Origin: an uncultured virus (IMG/VR IMGVR_UViG_3300032232_000272)
Lineage: Duplodnaviria; Heunggongvirae; Uroviricota; Caudoviricetes
Strand: one strand, 5' to 3'
Virus record (IMG/VR): IMGVR_UViG_3300032232_000272
DNA: 64,000 nt
This document shows, piece by piece, positions 39,525 through 49,563 of the stretch. The position numbers and the translations under genes are program-made. The stretch's first letter is position 1. Each line of letters begins with the position of its first letter. The notes under the pieces were generated by a model, which saw only the letters and a program-made list of their open reading frames with translations, had not been told where the DNA came from and did not search any database.

Positions 39525-41012
39525 ATGAATTTAGAAGAATTAATGAAAAGCCTACCGGCAACGGATCAAGTCAATATGACTGAGCTGATGCAGGAGTACT
39601 TGGACTCTATTAAGCGGGAAGAGAACCAAAATAGCTTTTTGAAGTTTGTACATACGATGTGGCCCGGCTTTATTGACGGCGCCCACCATAAAATCATGGC
39701 TCAAAAATTTGAGGAGATAGCCAATGGAACATGTAAGCGTCTTATTATTAATATGCCTCCCCGCCATACTAAGTCTGAGTTTGCTAGTTACATGCTTCCT
39801 GCGTGGTTCTTGGGCAGATTCCCTGGAAAGAAAGTTATTCAGACTTCTAATACAGCTGAACTTGCTGTGGGGTTCGGTCGTAAGGTTCGTAACCTCGTGG
39901 GCTCCGAAGCCTATCAATCTATCTTTCCTGACGTCGGACTTCAAGCGGACTCTAAGGCGGCTGGTCGTTGGGCTACAAATAAAGGCGGCGATTATTTCGC
40001 TATCGGTGTCGGTGGTACGGTCACGGGTAAAGGTGCGGATCTCCTCATTATTGACGACCCTCATTCGGAACAAGAAGCAGCCATAGCTGCCTCTAACCCA
40101 GAGGTCTACGATAAAGTCCATGAGTGGTACTCATCAGGCCCACGCCAGCGTCTACAGCCAGGCGGTGCGATTGTAGTCGTTATGACCCGTTGGTCTAAGC
40201 GAGACTTAACTGGCAGGATCTTACAATCGGCAGTAGAGCGGGATGGCGACAAATGGGAAGTCATTAGTTTTCCAGCAATCCTGCCGTCAGGTAACTGTTT
40301 ATGGCCGCAGTTCTGGAGTCTTACTGAACTAACCGCCCTTAAGGAAGAACTCCCTGTTTCCAAGTGGAACGCCCAGTATCAGCAAGAGCCGACATCGGAA
40401 GAAGGTGCTCTAGTCAAAAGGGAGTGGTGGCAAATTTGGGAGGGAGAAAAGCCTCCTGTCTGTGAATTCATTATCCAGTCTTGGGATACCGCCTTTACTA
40501 AAAATGAGCGAAGCGACTATTCGGCATGCACGACTTGGGGCGTCTTTTATTTAAACGAAGACGAGCGCGAGCCCAATGTTATTCTTTTGGATGCCTTTAA
40601 AGAGAGGTTAGAATTCCCAGAATTAAAACAGCGGGCGTTTGAAACCTATAAAGAATGGGAGCCAGATGCATTTATCGTGGAAGCAAAAGCTGCTGGAAGC
40701 CCATTAATCTTTGAATTGCGTAGAATGGGCATACCCGTATCAGAGTTTACACCTACGAGGGGCAATGATAAGATTGCGAGATTGAACGCAGTAACAGATT
40801 TATTTGCTTCTGGCAAGATCTGGGCGCCACCCAAAAGGTGGGCAGAAGAGGTTATAGAAGAGATGGCAGCATTTCCTAATTCGGATCACGATGACTTAGT
40901 GGACTCATCCACCCAAGCATTGCTCCGCTTTAGAAAAGGTGGATTTGTAAGACTACCCTCAGACGAGGAAGATGAACCAACGTATTTCAAACGCAAAGCC
41001 GCGTACTACTAA
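39525..41012 (+). CDS. terL: Terminase large subunit
   Basis: INMPPRHTKS, LIIDDPH, MTRW, QSWDTA, HDDLVDS. Confidence 0.95.
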   Translation: MNLEELMKSLPATDQVNMTELMQEYLDSIKREENQNSFLKFVHTMWPGFIDGAHHKIMAQKFEEIANGTCKRLIINMPPRHTKSEFASYMLPAWFLGRFPGKKVIQTSNTAELAVGFGRKVRNLVGSEAYQSIFPDVGLQADSKAAGRWATNKGGDYFAIGVGGTVTGKGADLLIIDDPHSEQEAAIAASNPEVYDKVHEWYSSGPRQRLQPGGAIVVVMTRWSKRDLTGRILQSAVERDGDKWEVISFPAILPSGNCLWPQFWSLTELTALKEELPVSKWNAQYQQEPTSEEGALVKREWWQIWEGEKPPVCEFIIQSWDTAFTKNERSDYSACTTWGVFYLNEDEREPNVILLDAFKERLEFPELKQRAFETYKEWEPDAFIVEAKAAGSPLIFELRRMGIPVSEFTPTRGNDKIARLNAVTDLFASGKIWAPPKRWAEEVIEEMAAFPNSDHDDLVDSSTQALLRFRKGGFVRLPSDEEDEPTYFKRKAAYY

Positions 41013-41021
41013 GGACATACC

Positions 41022-43490
41022 ATGGCAATTGACAAGAGTATCGCTCAAGCCCCGAAAGGGATTCTAGATATGTTGGAACTAGAAGGAGCTGGAGAACCTG
41101 ATCTAGAAATTGAGATTGAGGATCCAGAATCCATAAAAATCGGCATGGATGGCTTAGAGATAGAAATTGAGAAAGCCCCAGAAACCGACGAAGACTTTGG
41201 AGCCAACCTTGCTGAGTACATGAGCGAGGGCGACCTTGCAGAATTAACTGGCGATTTAGTGGGCGACTTTGAGGGAGATATTGCCTCCCGTAAAGATTGG
41301 ATCCAAGCCTATGTGGATGGACTAGAGTTACTAGGTCTAAAGATTGAAGAGCGCACTGAGCCATGGCCCGGCGCCTGCGGTGTCTACCACCCCCTATTAT
41401 CGGAAGCCTTAGTCAAGTTCCAATCAGAAACCATGATGGAAACTTTCCCAGCACAAGGCCCAGTAAAAACCCAGATTATCGGTAAAGAAACGCCTGAGAA
41501 AAAAGACGCGGCAGAGCGTGTCAAGAACGATATGAACTATCAATTGACCGATGTAATGAATGAATATCGCCCTGAGCATGAGCGCTTACTTTGGGGATTG
41601 GGCTTGGCTGGTAACGCATTTAAGAAGGTTTACTACGATCCAGGCTTAGAGCGTCAGGTAGCCATGTATGTGCCAGCTGAAGATATCGTGGTACCATACG
41701 GCGCATCAAGCATTGAATCGTCAGAGCGCGTCACCCATGTAATGCGCAAGACTGAAAACGATTTGCGCCGTTTGCAAATAGCTGGCTTCTACCGTGATAT
41801 AGATTTAGGTGAGCCAAACAACGTTTTAGATGAAGTAGAGAAGAAGATTGCCGAGAAGCTCGGATTTAGAGCAACTACGGATAATCGGTATAAAGTGCTT
41901 GAAATGCACGTTGACCTAGACTTACCAGGTTACGAGCATACGGATGAGGACGGCAAGCCTACGGGCATGGCGCTTCCTTATGTGGTAACAATCGAAAAGG
42001 GTAGCAATCACGTTTTAGCTATCCGCAGAAATTGGGAGCCAGATGACGAAACTTATAAAAAGCGTCAGCACTTTGTTCACTACGGTTATGTACCCGGTTT
42101 TGGGTTCTACTGTTTTGGTCTTATTCATCTTATCGGGGCATTTGCTAAATCGGGAACTTCAATCCTCCGTCAATTGGTCGATGCCGGATCTTTGTCAAAT
42201 CTTCCCGGTGGATTTAAAACCCGTGGATTGCGAGTTAAAGGCGACGATACGCCAATTGCGCCTGGTGAATTCAGGGACGTAGACGTACCAAGTGGCACGA
42301 TGAAAGACAACATCATGCCACTGCCCTACAAAGAACCAAGCCTAGTACTGGCTGGATTGTTAGACAAGATCGTAGATGAAGGACGTCGCTTTGCCTCGGC
42401 TGGCGATATCAAAGTCTCGGATATGTCTTCACAGTCCCCAGTAGGGACAACCCTTGCTATCTTGGAGCGTACCCTCAAGGTAATGTCTGCGGTACAAAGC
42501 CGTATCCATTACTCCATGAAGCAAGAGTTCCGCTTACTCAAAAAGATCATTGCGGAATTTACGCCAGAGGATTACAGCTACATTCCAGTAGAAGGTAGTC
42601 CACGGGCTAAGAAGTCGGACTATGACCAAGTAAACGTCATTCCAGTATCCGATCCTAATGCCGCGACGATGAGCCAAAAGGTAGTGCAGTATCAAGCCGC
42701 GCTACAACTAGCTCAGACAGCTCCCCAACTTTACAACCTTCCGTTACTGCACCGCCAAATGCTGGACGTTCTGGGAATCAAGAACGCCAACAAACTGGTG
42801 CCGATGGCGGAAGACCATAAACCTACCGATCCAATCTCGGAGAATATGAATGTTATTAAGGGTAAACCCTTAAAAGCATTTATCTATCAAGATCACCAAG
42901 CGCACATCACGGTTCATATGAATGCCATGCGTGATCCCAAGATCGCTATGTTGATCGGTCAAAACCCACAAGCTCAAACAATGCAAGCCGCAATGCTGGC
43001 TCACATTAATGAGCACGTTGCCTATGAGTACCGCAAGCAAATGGAAGAGCTTATTGGTGTTCCAGTGCCTTATACAGAAGAGCAAGACGAAGGCATGCCA
43101 GAAGCAGTTGAATTGCAAATCGCCCGTTTGGCTGCCGCGGCTTCTAATAAGTTGCTACAGCGTGACCAAAACGAAATGGCTGCCCAACAAGCCCAGCAGG
43201 CTGCTCAGGATCCATTAGTCCAGATCCAGCAACAAGAGCTGGCTCTTAAGGCACAAGAAGTACAAATTAAGCAGAAGAAGCTCATGGCAGACGCTGCGGC
43301 TAAAGCCGATCAGCTCAAGATTGAGGAAGAGCGCATCCAGTCCCAAGAGCGTATTGCTGGTATGAATGCGGCTATAAAAGTCCAAAAAGACAAAGTGGAA
43401 TTACAAGACCGAAGAGATATTGAGGGCGCTAAATTAGCCAACGATCTAATGAAGTCTATGCAACAAAAGAAAGAAACGCCTAAGCAGTAA
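41022..43490 (+). CDS. Portal protein
   Basis: 822 aa after terL; GNAFKKVYYD; long Gln-rich C-terminal coiled coil (P22-like barrel). Confidence 0.85.
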   Translation: MAIDKSIAQAPKGILDMLELEGAGEPDLEIEIEDPESIKIGMDGLEIEIEKAPETDEDFGANLAEYMSEGDLAELTGDLVGDFEGDIASRKDWIQAYVDGLELLGLKIEERTEPWPGACGVYHPLLSEALVKFQSETMMETFPAQGPVKTQIIGKETPEKKDAAERVKNDMNYQLTDVMNEYRPEHERLLWGLGLAGNAFKKVYYDPGLERQVAMYVPAEDIVVPYGASSIESSERVTHVMRKTENDLRRLQIAGFYRDIDLGEPNNVLDEVEKKIAEKLGFRATTDNRYKVLEMHVDLDLPGYEHTDEDGKPTGMALPYVVTIEKGSNHVLAIRRNWEPDDETYKKRQHFVHYGYVPGFGFYCFGLIHLIGAFAKSGTSILRQLVDAGSLSNLPGGFKTRGLRVKGDDTPIAPGEFRDVDVPSGTMKDNIMPLPYKEPSLVLAGLLDKIVDEGRRFASAGDIKVSDMSSQSPVGTTLAILERTLKVMSAVQSRIHYSMKQEFRLLKKIIAEFTPEDYSYIPVEGSPRAKKSDYDQVNVIPVSDPNAATMSQKVVQYQAALQLAQTAPQLYNLPLLHRQMLDVLGIKNANKLVPMAEDHKPTDPISENMNVIKGKPLKAFIYQDHQAHITVHMNAMRDPKIAMLIGQNPQAQTMQAAMLAHINEHVAYEYRKQMEELIGVPVPYTEEQDEGMPEAVELQIARLAAAASNKLLQRDQNEMAAQQAQQAAQDPLVQIQQQELALKAQEVQIKQKKLMADAAAKADQLKIEEERIQSQERIAGMNAAIKVQKDKVELQDRRDIEGAKLANDLMKSMQQKKETPKQ

Positions 43491-43511
43491 GTTTAACGAA
43501 AGAGGAGAAAC

Positions 43512-43706
43512 ATGCTAGAAAAAGCATTGGAACATCTAACCAAACAAATAGATGAAAAAATCCAGCGCCTACAGGAGGAATTAGCTTCTGGGGGCGCCAA
43601 GGATTACGCGGAGTACCAAAAGATGTGCGGCGAGATCAAAGGTCTGCTTACTGCACGTCTCAACACGACAGACCTTAAACGAAATGTAGAGGAACAAGAT
43701 GACTGA
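43512..43706 (+). CDS. Conserved small head-module protein
   Basis: GAGGAG RBS; DYAEYQKMCGEIKGL. Confidence 0.55.
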   Translation: MLEKALEHLTKQIDEKIQRLQEELASGGAKDYAEYQKMCGEIKGLLTARLNTTDLKRNVEEQDD

Positions 43707-44115
43707 AATTCTTATTGGGGCTAACCCTAATAAACCCGAAGTAGTAGGAGCCTATAATTTTGAGGCTTCCGTAGAGGAGAAAGCGCGACAACTTCCCCGA
43801 CCATCTGGATATCGCATTCTTTGCGCGATTCCTAATGTGGAAGAGGAGTATGAGAGCGGTTTACTAAAAGCAGACGCCACCATAGATTACGAAGAGAAGC
43901 TGGCAACAGTCCTATTCGTAGTGGATCTTGGCCCAGATTGCTATAAGGATACCTCACGGTTCCCGACTGGCGCCTGGTGCAAGAAAGGTGACTTTGTGAT
44001 TGTTAGACCTAACTCAGGAACACGGTTGTTAATTCACGGCAAAGAATTCAGATTAATAAACGATGATTCCGTTGAGTCTGTAGTCCAAGACCCACGCGGT
44101 ATTAAACGTGCATAA
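43699..44115 (+). CDS. GroES/Cpn10-like co-chaperonin
   Basis: PSGYRIL...ESGLL...VVDLGPD...KKGDFV...GKEFRLINDDSVESVV. Confidence 0.75.
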   Translation: MTEILIGANPNKPEVVGAYNFEASVEEKARQLPRPSGYRILCAIPNVEEEYESGLLKADATIDYEEKLATVLFVVDLGPDCYKDTSRFPTGAWCKKGDFVIVRPNSGTRLLIHGKEFRLINDDSVESVVQDPRGIKRA

Positions 44116-44143
44116 CCTGAATTAAACGAAAAAGGAGAAGTAA

Positions 44144-45133
44144 ATGGCTGATAACGCCCAAGAAATGGTGGAATTTGAGTTCCCCGATGAGCAAAAGGAG
44201 ACCGCAAAGGCTCCAGAACCAGAGGTACAGGCGAAAGCTGACCTAGAAATTGAGATGGAGGATGATACTCCGATCCAAGATCAGGGCAGAAAGAACCTAC
44301 CAAAAGAGGTAAAACAGGAATTAGAGCAGGACAACTATGATGAATTGCAGGAATTGTCTCAAGTTGCCAAAGATAAGCTCAAAGCTCTTAAAAAAGCATG
44401 GCACGATGAGCGTAGAGAGAAAGAAGCTACCCAGCGTGAGCAGCAAGAAGCACTGCGAATTGCACAAAAGCTGATTGATGAGAATAAAAAGCTCAAAGAA
44501 AAGCTGTCTAGCGGTGAAGAAGTCTATGTTGATGCGGTAAAACAGGCAGTAACCCGTGAGCTTGAGATTGCAAAATCAGAATATAAGGCTGCTTATGAGT
44601 CTGGGGACTCTGATCGCCTCTTAGAAGCTCAAGATAAACTGACTCAAGCCCGTATAAAAGCGGATAAAGCAGAAAATTATCAACATGTTTACAAAAATGC
44701 TGGACAAGATGTAGAATCTGAGGTACAAATACCTCAACAACAGATCAGTTCACCTGATTCTAAGGCGTTAGATTGGCAGAAACGCAACGTGTGGTTCGGC
44801 CAAGATGAAGAAATGACGTCTTTAGCATTGGGATTACATGAAAAGCTGGTACGCAGCGGAGTTTCTGTAGGATCTGATGAGTATTACAAACGCATTGACG
44901 ATAGAATGCGTAAATTGTTCCCCGAAACGTTCGAGGACTCAAACGACGACGAAGAAGTAGAGGCTAAAGTAAAGCCTAAAGCTAGTCCCACGGTAGTTGC
45001 TCCAGCGTCGCGTAGTACGTCTCCGAAAAAGATCAGACTAAGCAAAACGCAGGTAATGCTAGCCAAAAAGCTAGGATTAACACCAGAGCAGTACGCCCGT
45101 GAACTAACTAAATTGGAGGCCCAAAATGGCTGA
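44144..45133 (+). CDS. Capsid scaffolding protein (putative)
   Basis: Acidic coiled coil; C-terminal AKKLGLTPEQYA; upstream of the capsid gene. Confidence 0.7.
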   Translation: MADNAQEMVEFEFPDEQKETAKAPEPEVQAKADLEIEMEDDTPIQDQGRKNLPKEVKQELEQDNYDELQELSQVAKDKLKALKKAWHDERREKEATQREQQEALRIAQKLIDENKKLKEKLSSGEEVYVDAVKQAVTRELEIAKSEYKAAYESGDSDRLLEAQDKLTQARIKADKAENYQHVYKNAGQDVESEVQIPQQQISSPDSKALDWQKRNVWFGQDEEMTSLALGLHEKLVRSGVSVGSDEYYKRIDDRMRKLFPETFEDSNDDEEVEAKVKPKASPTVVAPASRSTSPKKIRLSKTQVMLAKKLGLTPEQYARELTKLEAQNG

Positions 45134-45569
45134 AGTAAGAAAAACTCGTGATGTAGATACTCGTGCAACTCAAGAGCGCCCTATGCAGTGGCAGCAACCT
45201 GAATTGCTCCCAGAGCCAGATAAACAGGCTGGGTATGCATATCGCTGGATACGTGTTGCAACCTTGAATCAAGCTGATCCTCGTAATCTATCCGCAAAGT
45301 TGCGTGAAGGATGGGAACCAGTAAGGATTGAAGAGCAACCCAAATTCCAACTGCTAGTTGATCCTAATAGTCGTTATAAAGACAACATTGAGATCGGCGG
45401 CTTGTTGTTATGCAAGACTCCTGATGAGTTTGTGGCGCAGCGGAATGCATATTACCGCAAACAAAGCGATGCTCAGACGGAAGCTGTTGACAACAATTTA
45501 ATGCGCCAGAGCGACCCACGGATGCCACTCTTTAAAGAGCGGAAATCGTCAAGTAGCACTGGAAAATAG
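45126..45569 (+). CDS. Conserved head-module protein
   Basis: GYAYRWIR...EGWEPV...GGLLLCK. Confidence 0.55.
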   Translation: MAEVRKTRDVDTRATQERPMQWQQPELLPEPDKQAGYAYRWIRVATLNQADPRNLSAKLREGWEPVRIEEQPKFQLLVDPNSRYKDNIEIGGLLLCKTPDEFVAQRNAYYRKQSDAQTEAVDNNLMRQSDPRMPLFKERKSSSSTGK

Positions 45570-45594
45570 TTAATTTTTAATTTAGGAGATTTAA

Positions 45595-46224
45595 ATGGCT
45601 TATCCAACCGTTTCAGCTCCCTATGGTTTACGTGCAGTTAACCGTGTAGATGGTCTACCATATGCAGGTGCAATTCGTCAGATTCCTATTGCATCCACAT
45701 ATAACACCCCAATCTACTTTGGTGACATTGTTCGTATCGCCGCAGGTGGCACAATTCAAAAATCAACTGTAACTGTTGACTCTACTACAGCAGCTGCAAA
45801 CAACACCGTTGGTGTGTTTGTTGGTGTTCAGTTTGTTAACAGCCAAAGTCAGCAAGTACAAGGTCAAGCATATATCAGCAACACCGCTCAGACCTCTGCT
45901 ATTGCTTATGTTGTAGATGATCCTTTAGCTTTGTTTAAAGTAGCCGTAACCAATACCAATGGTAATGGTGCTATGTCTTCTGTAAACCAAAGCATTGTCG
46001 GTACCAATATGGCTATTGTTCAAGGTACTGGTTCTAACACTACTGGCGATTCCGCTGTTTCTGTCTTTGCAACTACTGCACAAGGCAACGCAGCAGCTCT
46101 TCCAGTTCGTGTTATTGCTGGTGTTCCTGATACAGAAACATCAACTGGGCTCTACACTGAAGTATTAGTGAAGATTAACAACCATCAGTACAACAACGCT
46201 TCTGCGTTGAACTACACAGCATAA
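45595..46224 (+). CDS. Capsid decoration/cement protein (putative)
   Basis: Beta-rich, directly before the major capsid gene, strong RBS. Confidence 0.55.
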   Translation: MAYPTVSAPYGLRAVNRVDGLPYAGAIRQIPIASTYNTPIYFGDIVRIAAGGTIQKSTVTVDSTTAAANNTVGVFVGVQFVNSQSQQVQGQAYISNTAQTSAIAYVVDDPLALFKVAVTNTNGNGAMSSVNQSIVGTNMAIVQGTGSNTTGDSAVSVFATTAQGNAAALPVRVIAGVPDTETSTGLYTEVLVKINNHQYNNASALNYTA

Positions 46225-46236
46225 GGAGCTATATAA

Positions 46237-47145
46237 ATGGCTATTTCACGCGCACAACTATTGAAAGAGCTCCTCCCTGGCTTGAACGCTTTGTTCGGCT
46301 TAGAGTATGCTCGTTACGGCGAAGAGCACAAAGAGATCTATGAAACTGAGACCTCTGAGCGTTCTTTTGAAGAAGAAACCAAATTGTCTGGCTTTAGCGC
46401 CGCACCTGTCAAAAACGAAGGCTCTGCCATCGCTTATGATAACGGTCAAGAAGCATGGACAGCTCGCTATAACCACGAAACCATCGCCCTCGGCTTCTCC
46501 CTAACGGAAGAGGCAATTGAGGACAACTTGTATGACAGCCTCTCGGCTCGTTATACCAAGGCTTTGGCTCGTGCTATGGCATATACCAAGCAAGTAAAAG
46601 CTGCTGCCGTTTTAAATACGGGCTTTAGCGCAAGCTATCCAGGCGGTGACGGTGTTGCATTATTTGCAAACAACCACCCACTTGTTTCTGGTGGCACAAA
46701 CAGCAACATTCCTACGACTCCTGCTGACCTCAACGAAACTTCCTTGGAAGCCGCCGTTATTCAGATCAGCTTGTGGACTGACGAACGTGATCTGTTGATC
46801 GCTGCTAAACCCAAGAAGTTGATTGTTCCACCTGCACTCCAGTTCGTTGCAACTCGCTTGCTTGAGACTGAATTGCGTGTTGGTACAGCCGACAATGACA
46901 TCAACGCAATTAAGAACAATGGTTCGATTCCAGATGGTTACACAATTAACCACTTCTTGACCGACACCAATGCTTGGTTCTTGACTACTGATGTTCCAAA
47001 CGGTATGAAGCATTTTGAGCGTACCCCCCTCCAGAACAGCATGGATGGCGATTTCGATACTGGTAACGTCCGTTACAAGGCTCGTGAGCGTTACTCTTTC
47101 GGCTGGTCTGATCCACTTGGCATGTTCGGTTCTGCCGGCGCCTAA
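46237..47145 (+). CDS. Major capsid protein (Mu gpT-like family)
   Basis: MAISRAQLLKELLPGLNALFG, PKKLIVPPAL, KARERYSFGWSD; followed by a terminator. Confidence 0.9.
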   Translation: MAISRAQLLKELLPGLNALFGLEYARYGEEHKEIYETETSERSFEEETKLSGFSAAPVKNEGSAIAYDNGQEAWTARYNHETIALGFSLTEEAIEDNLYDSLSARYTKALARAMAYTKQVKAAAVLNTGFSASYPGGDGVALFANNHPLVSGGTNSNIPTTPADLNETSLEAAVIQISLWTDERDLLIAAKPKKLIVPPALQFVATRLLETELRVGTADNDINAIKNNGSIPDGYTINHFLTDTNAWFLTTDVPNGMKHFERTPLQNSMDGDFDTGNVRYKARERYSFGWSDPLGMFGSAGA

Positions 47146-47169
47146 TCAAACCTACTCCTCTGGGTTTGG

Positions 47170-47198
47170 ATCCCCTGCTTCGGCGGGGGATTTTTTTT
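47170..47198 (+). terminator. Intrinsic terminator after the capsid gene
   Basis: ATCCCCTGC-TTCG-GCGGGGGAT then a T run. Confidence 0.9.
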
Positions 47199-47240
47199 GC
47201 ATATTTATTGCTAAATTTATAAAAGAGGTGTATAAAGATA

Positions 47241-47320
47241 GGAACCGGGTGAACCGGCTTATTAGACTGCCCCGGCAGACGCTTACACGACTAATAGGCT
47301 ATATCTTTGTAAGAAGGACA
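47241..47320 (+). ncRNA. Structured RNA downstream of the capsid gene (possibly the Mu-gpT-DE motif)
   Basis: TTGCTA-17-TATAAA promoter; 10-bp stem 47256-65/47291-300; CCGGG/CCCGG and CTTACA/TGTAAG crossing pairings. Confidence 0.6.
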
Positions 47321-47327
47321 ATTTGAA

Positions 47328-47832
47328 ATGGCAAAAACCACATTTAGTGGCCCAGTTAGCTTGGGCACATACACTGTTGCAACCGCTCCAGCTCCAACCA
47401 CAAACCAAAGTTTAACTGGCACTATTACTTTTTTCTCAAACGGTGCTAATGGATCTCCTGTTGTAGCTTTCTACAATGGAACAAACTGGTTGCGCGTTGA
47501 TACTCTTGGCGTTATTTCGGCTACCTAATTAGGAGGCCCTTATGGGTATGCAATATGATGTAAAGTCAACGGCGATAGCCGCGGCTCAGACTGACGCAGC
47601 TGTATTTGCGGGCGCTGCTCGTATCAAAGGAATGGTTGTTGGCGTTCCTACAGCTGGTGGCACTCTAACTTTAAAGAACGGTTCTGGCGGCACTACGGTG
47701 TTTTCAGTCGTTATTCCAGCAAACGCAGGTGGCGCTTCTAATATCGTAATTCCTGGTGAAGGTATTCGCTGTGAAAACGGTATTTATGCAACCACCCCAG
47801 CCAGCATGACGGTTACGGTGTTCTATGGCTAA
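47328..47832 (+). other. Two small virion proteins (47328-47528, 47542-47832)
   Basis: RBS-led beta-rich ORFs after the capsid gene. Confidence 0.55.
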
Positions 47833-49563
47833 GAGCCCTGCTTGGACTCGTAAGGAAGGCAAAAACCCCGAAGGCGGTCTAAACGCTAAGGGGCGAGCTT
47901 CCTATAATGCCGCTAACCCTGGTAAACCTGGTTTAAAGGCTCCTCAACCAGAAGGCGGCCCACGCAAGAAGTCATTTTGTGCACGGATGTCAGGCATGAA
48001 GAAAAAGCTAACTTCCGCTAAAACCGCTAATGATCCAAACTCACGGATTAACAAGTCTTTACGGGCTTGGAATTGCAAAGAAGGTGGCGCTGTCCGTGGC
48101 GGTGGCTGTGAAGTTAGGGGTAAGACTAAGGGTAAGATAGTATGAAAGAGCATTTAACCGAAGGCACTAAACACGCTGTAGACGGCTTATCTTTAATTAC
48201 AGTGGTAGGCACACTAACAGATTTATTGCCTGCGGTAGCGGCTTTATTTACGATTGTATGGACATGCATTCGTATTTATGAAACCAAGACAGTTCAAGGA
48301 TGGATTGCTCGTGCCAAGCGTAAGTAAAAAACAACACAATTTTATGGCAGCAGTGGCTAACAACCCTAAGTTTGCCAAGAAAGCAGGAGTGCCTCGCTCT
48401 GTTGGTGAGGAATTTTTAACTGCCGATAAAGGCAAAAAATTTAGAGAGGGCGGTATGGCGCTTAAACCAGTAGACTCAGAAGACAACCCAGGATTAGCAA
48501 AATTACCAACCGAAGTACGTAACAAAATGGGATACGCAAAGAAAGGTGGAATTATGAAACATTCAGATATTAAACAAGATATGCCAATGATGAAAAAAGT
48601 CGCTGGCGCAGCTGTTAAAGGGCATGAAAAGAAAATGCATGGCATGGCTAAGGGCGGAGTAACCCGTGGCGATGGTTGTGTTACCAAAGGTCACACCAAA
48701 GGCAAAATGATTACTATGAAAAAAGGCGGAGCCTGCTAATCATGGCTACCAAAGATGAGTTGCCACAAGAGATGGTAGACCGCCTCACTCGTGAGGAGAA
48801 CGAAGCCAATCCTATGGTTAAACTGCGTGACAAGATTTTTGGGCCTGAGAAAGTAAAGCAGCCAAAACCTGAGCCAGTTAAAAAAGCTAAGGGTGGCACA
48901 GTTAGCTCTGCATCAAAGCGAGCTGATGGATGTGCTATTAAAGGCAAAACGAAAGGACGTATCGTATGAGACCTAGCCGCGGAATGGGAGATATTGCTCC
49001 ATCCAAAATGCCTAAAGGAAAACGTAAAGAGCGCCGGGATGATACGGACTTTACCCAATATGCTAAAGGCGGCAAGGTCGGCTTATATGCCAATATTCAT
49101 GCAAAACGTGAAAGAATTAAAGCAGGATCAGGGGAGAAAATGCGCAAGGTAGGCTCCAAAGGCGCCCCTACTAAACAAGCCTTTATTGAGTCAGCAAAAA
49201 CTGCAAAGAGGAGGTAGTTATGGATTTTATGAAGCAACAGATTGATGCATCAGAGCGTTTGTTTAGAATGATGCTACAGGATCACGAAGAGCGCTTGCAC
49301 CAAAGCCAAATTATGGGCGAGATTACTACTGGTCTAATGAAGAAATTGGATGAGCGTGATACTGAGATTTTGCGTTTGCGGGATGAGCTAAAGATTCTCA
49401 AAGGAATTCAAAAGTGAACTTTGTTTTTACATGGATCCTTGATCTCTTTAAAAGAGATGAGCCAATCATTCCTACTGCGCCTATTAAATCACAGCGTAAG
49501 AGAAGACCAGCAGTTAAAAAAGCTGCTCCAAAGATTACTGTCAGAAAGAAAAAGGCAGCCTAA
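47825..49563 (+). other. Cluster of small, mostly very basic proteins (47825-48145, 48311-48739, 48742-48969, 48966-49217, 49220-49417, 49414-49563) plus a holin-like membrane ORF (48142-48327)
   Basis: Lys/Gly-rich ORFs with shared xGG and G-x-T-K-G motifs; overlapping start/stop codons. Confidence 0.6.

Noticed and set aside
39552..40121. Long antisense ORFs (also 8247-8846, 54258-54758 and others)
   Set aside because: Shadows of well-supported genes on the opposite strand
46915..46935. GGTTCGATTCC resembling a tRNA T-arm
   Set aside because: Inside the capsid CDS (GSIP), with no acceptor, D or anticodon arms
47015..47326. 103-aa ORF over the capsid 3' end
   Set aside because: Crosses a strong terminator and the structured RNA; no RBS
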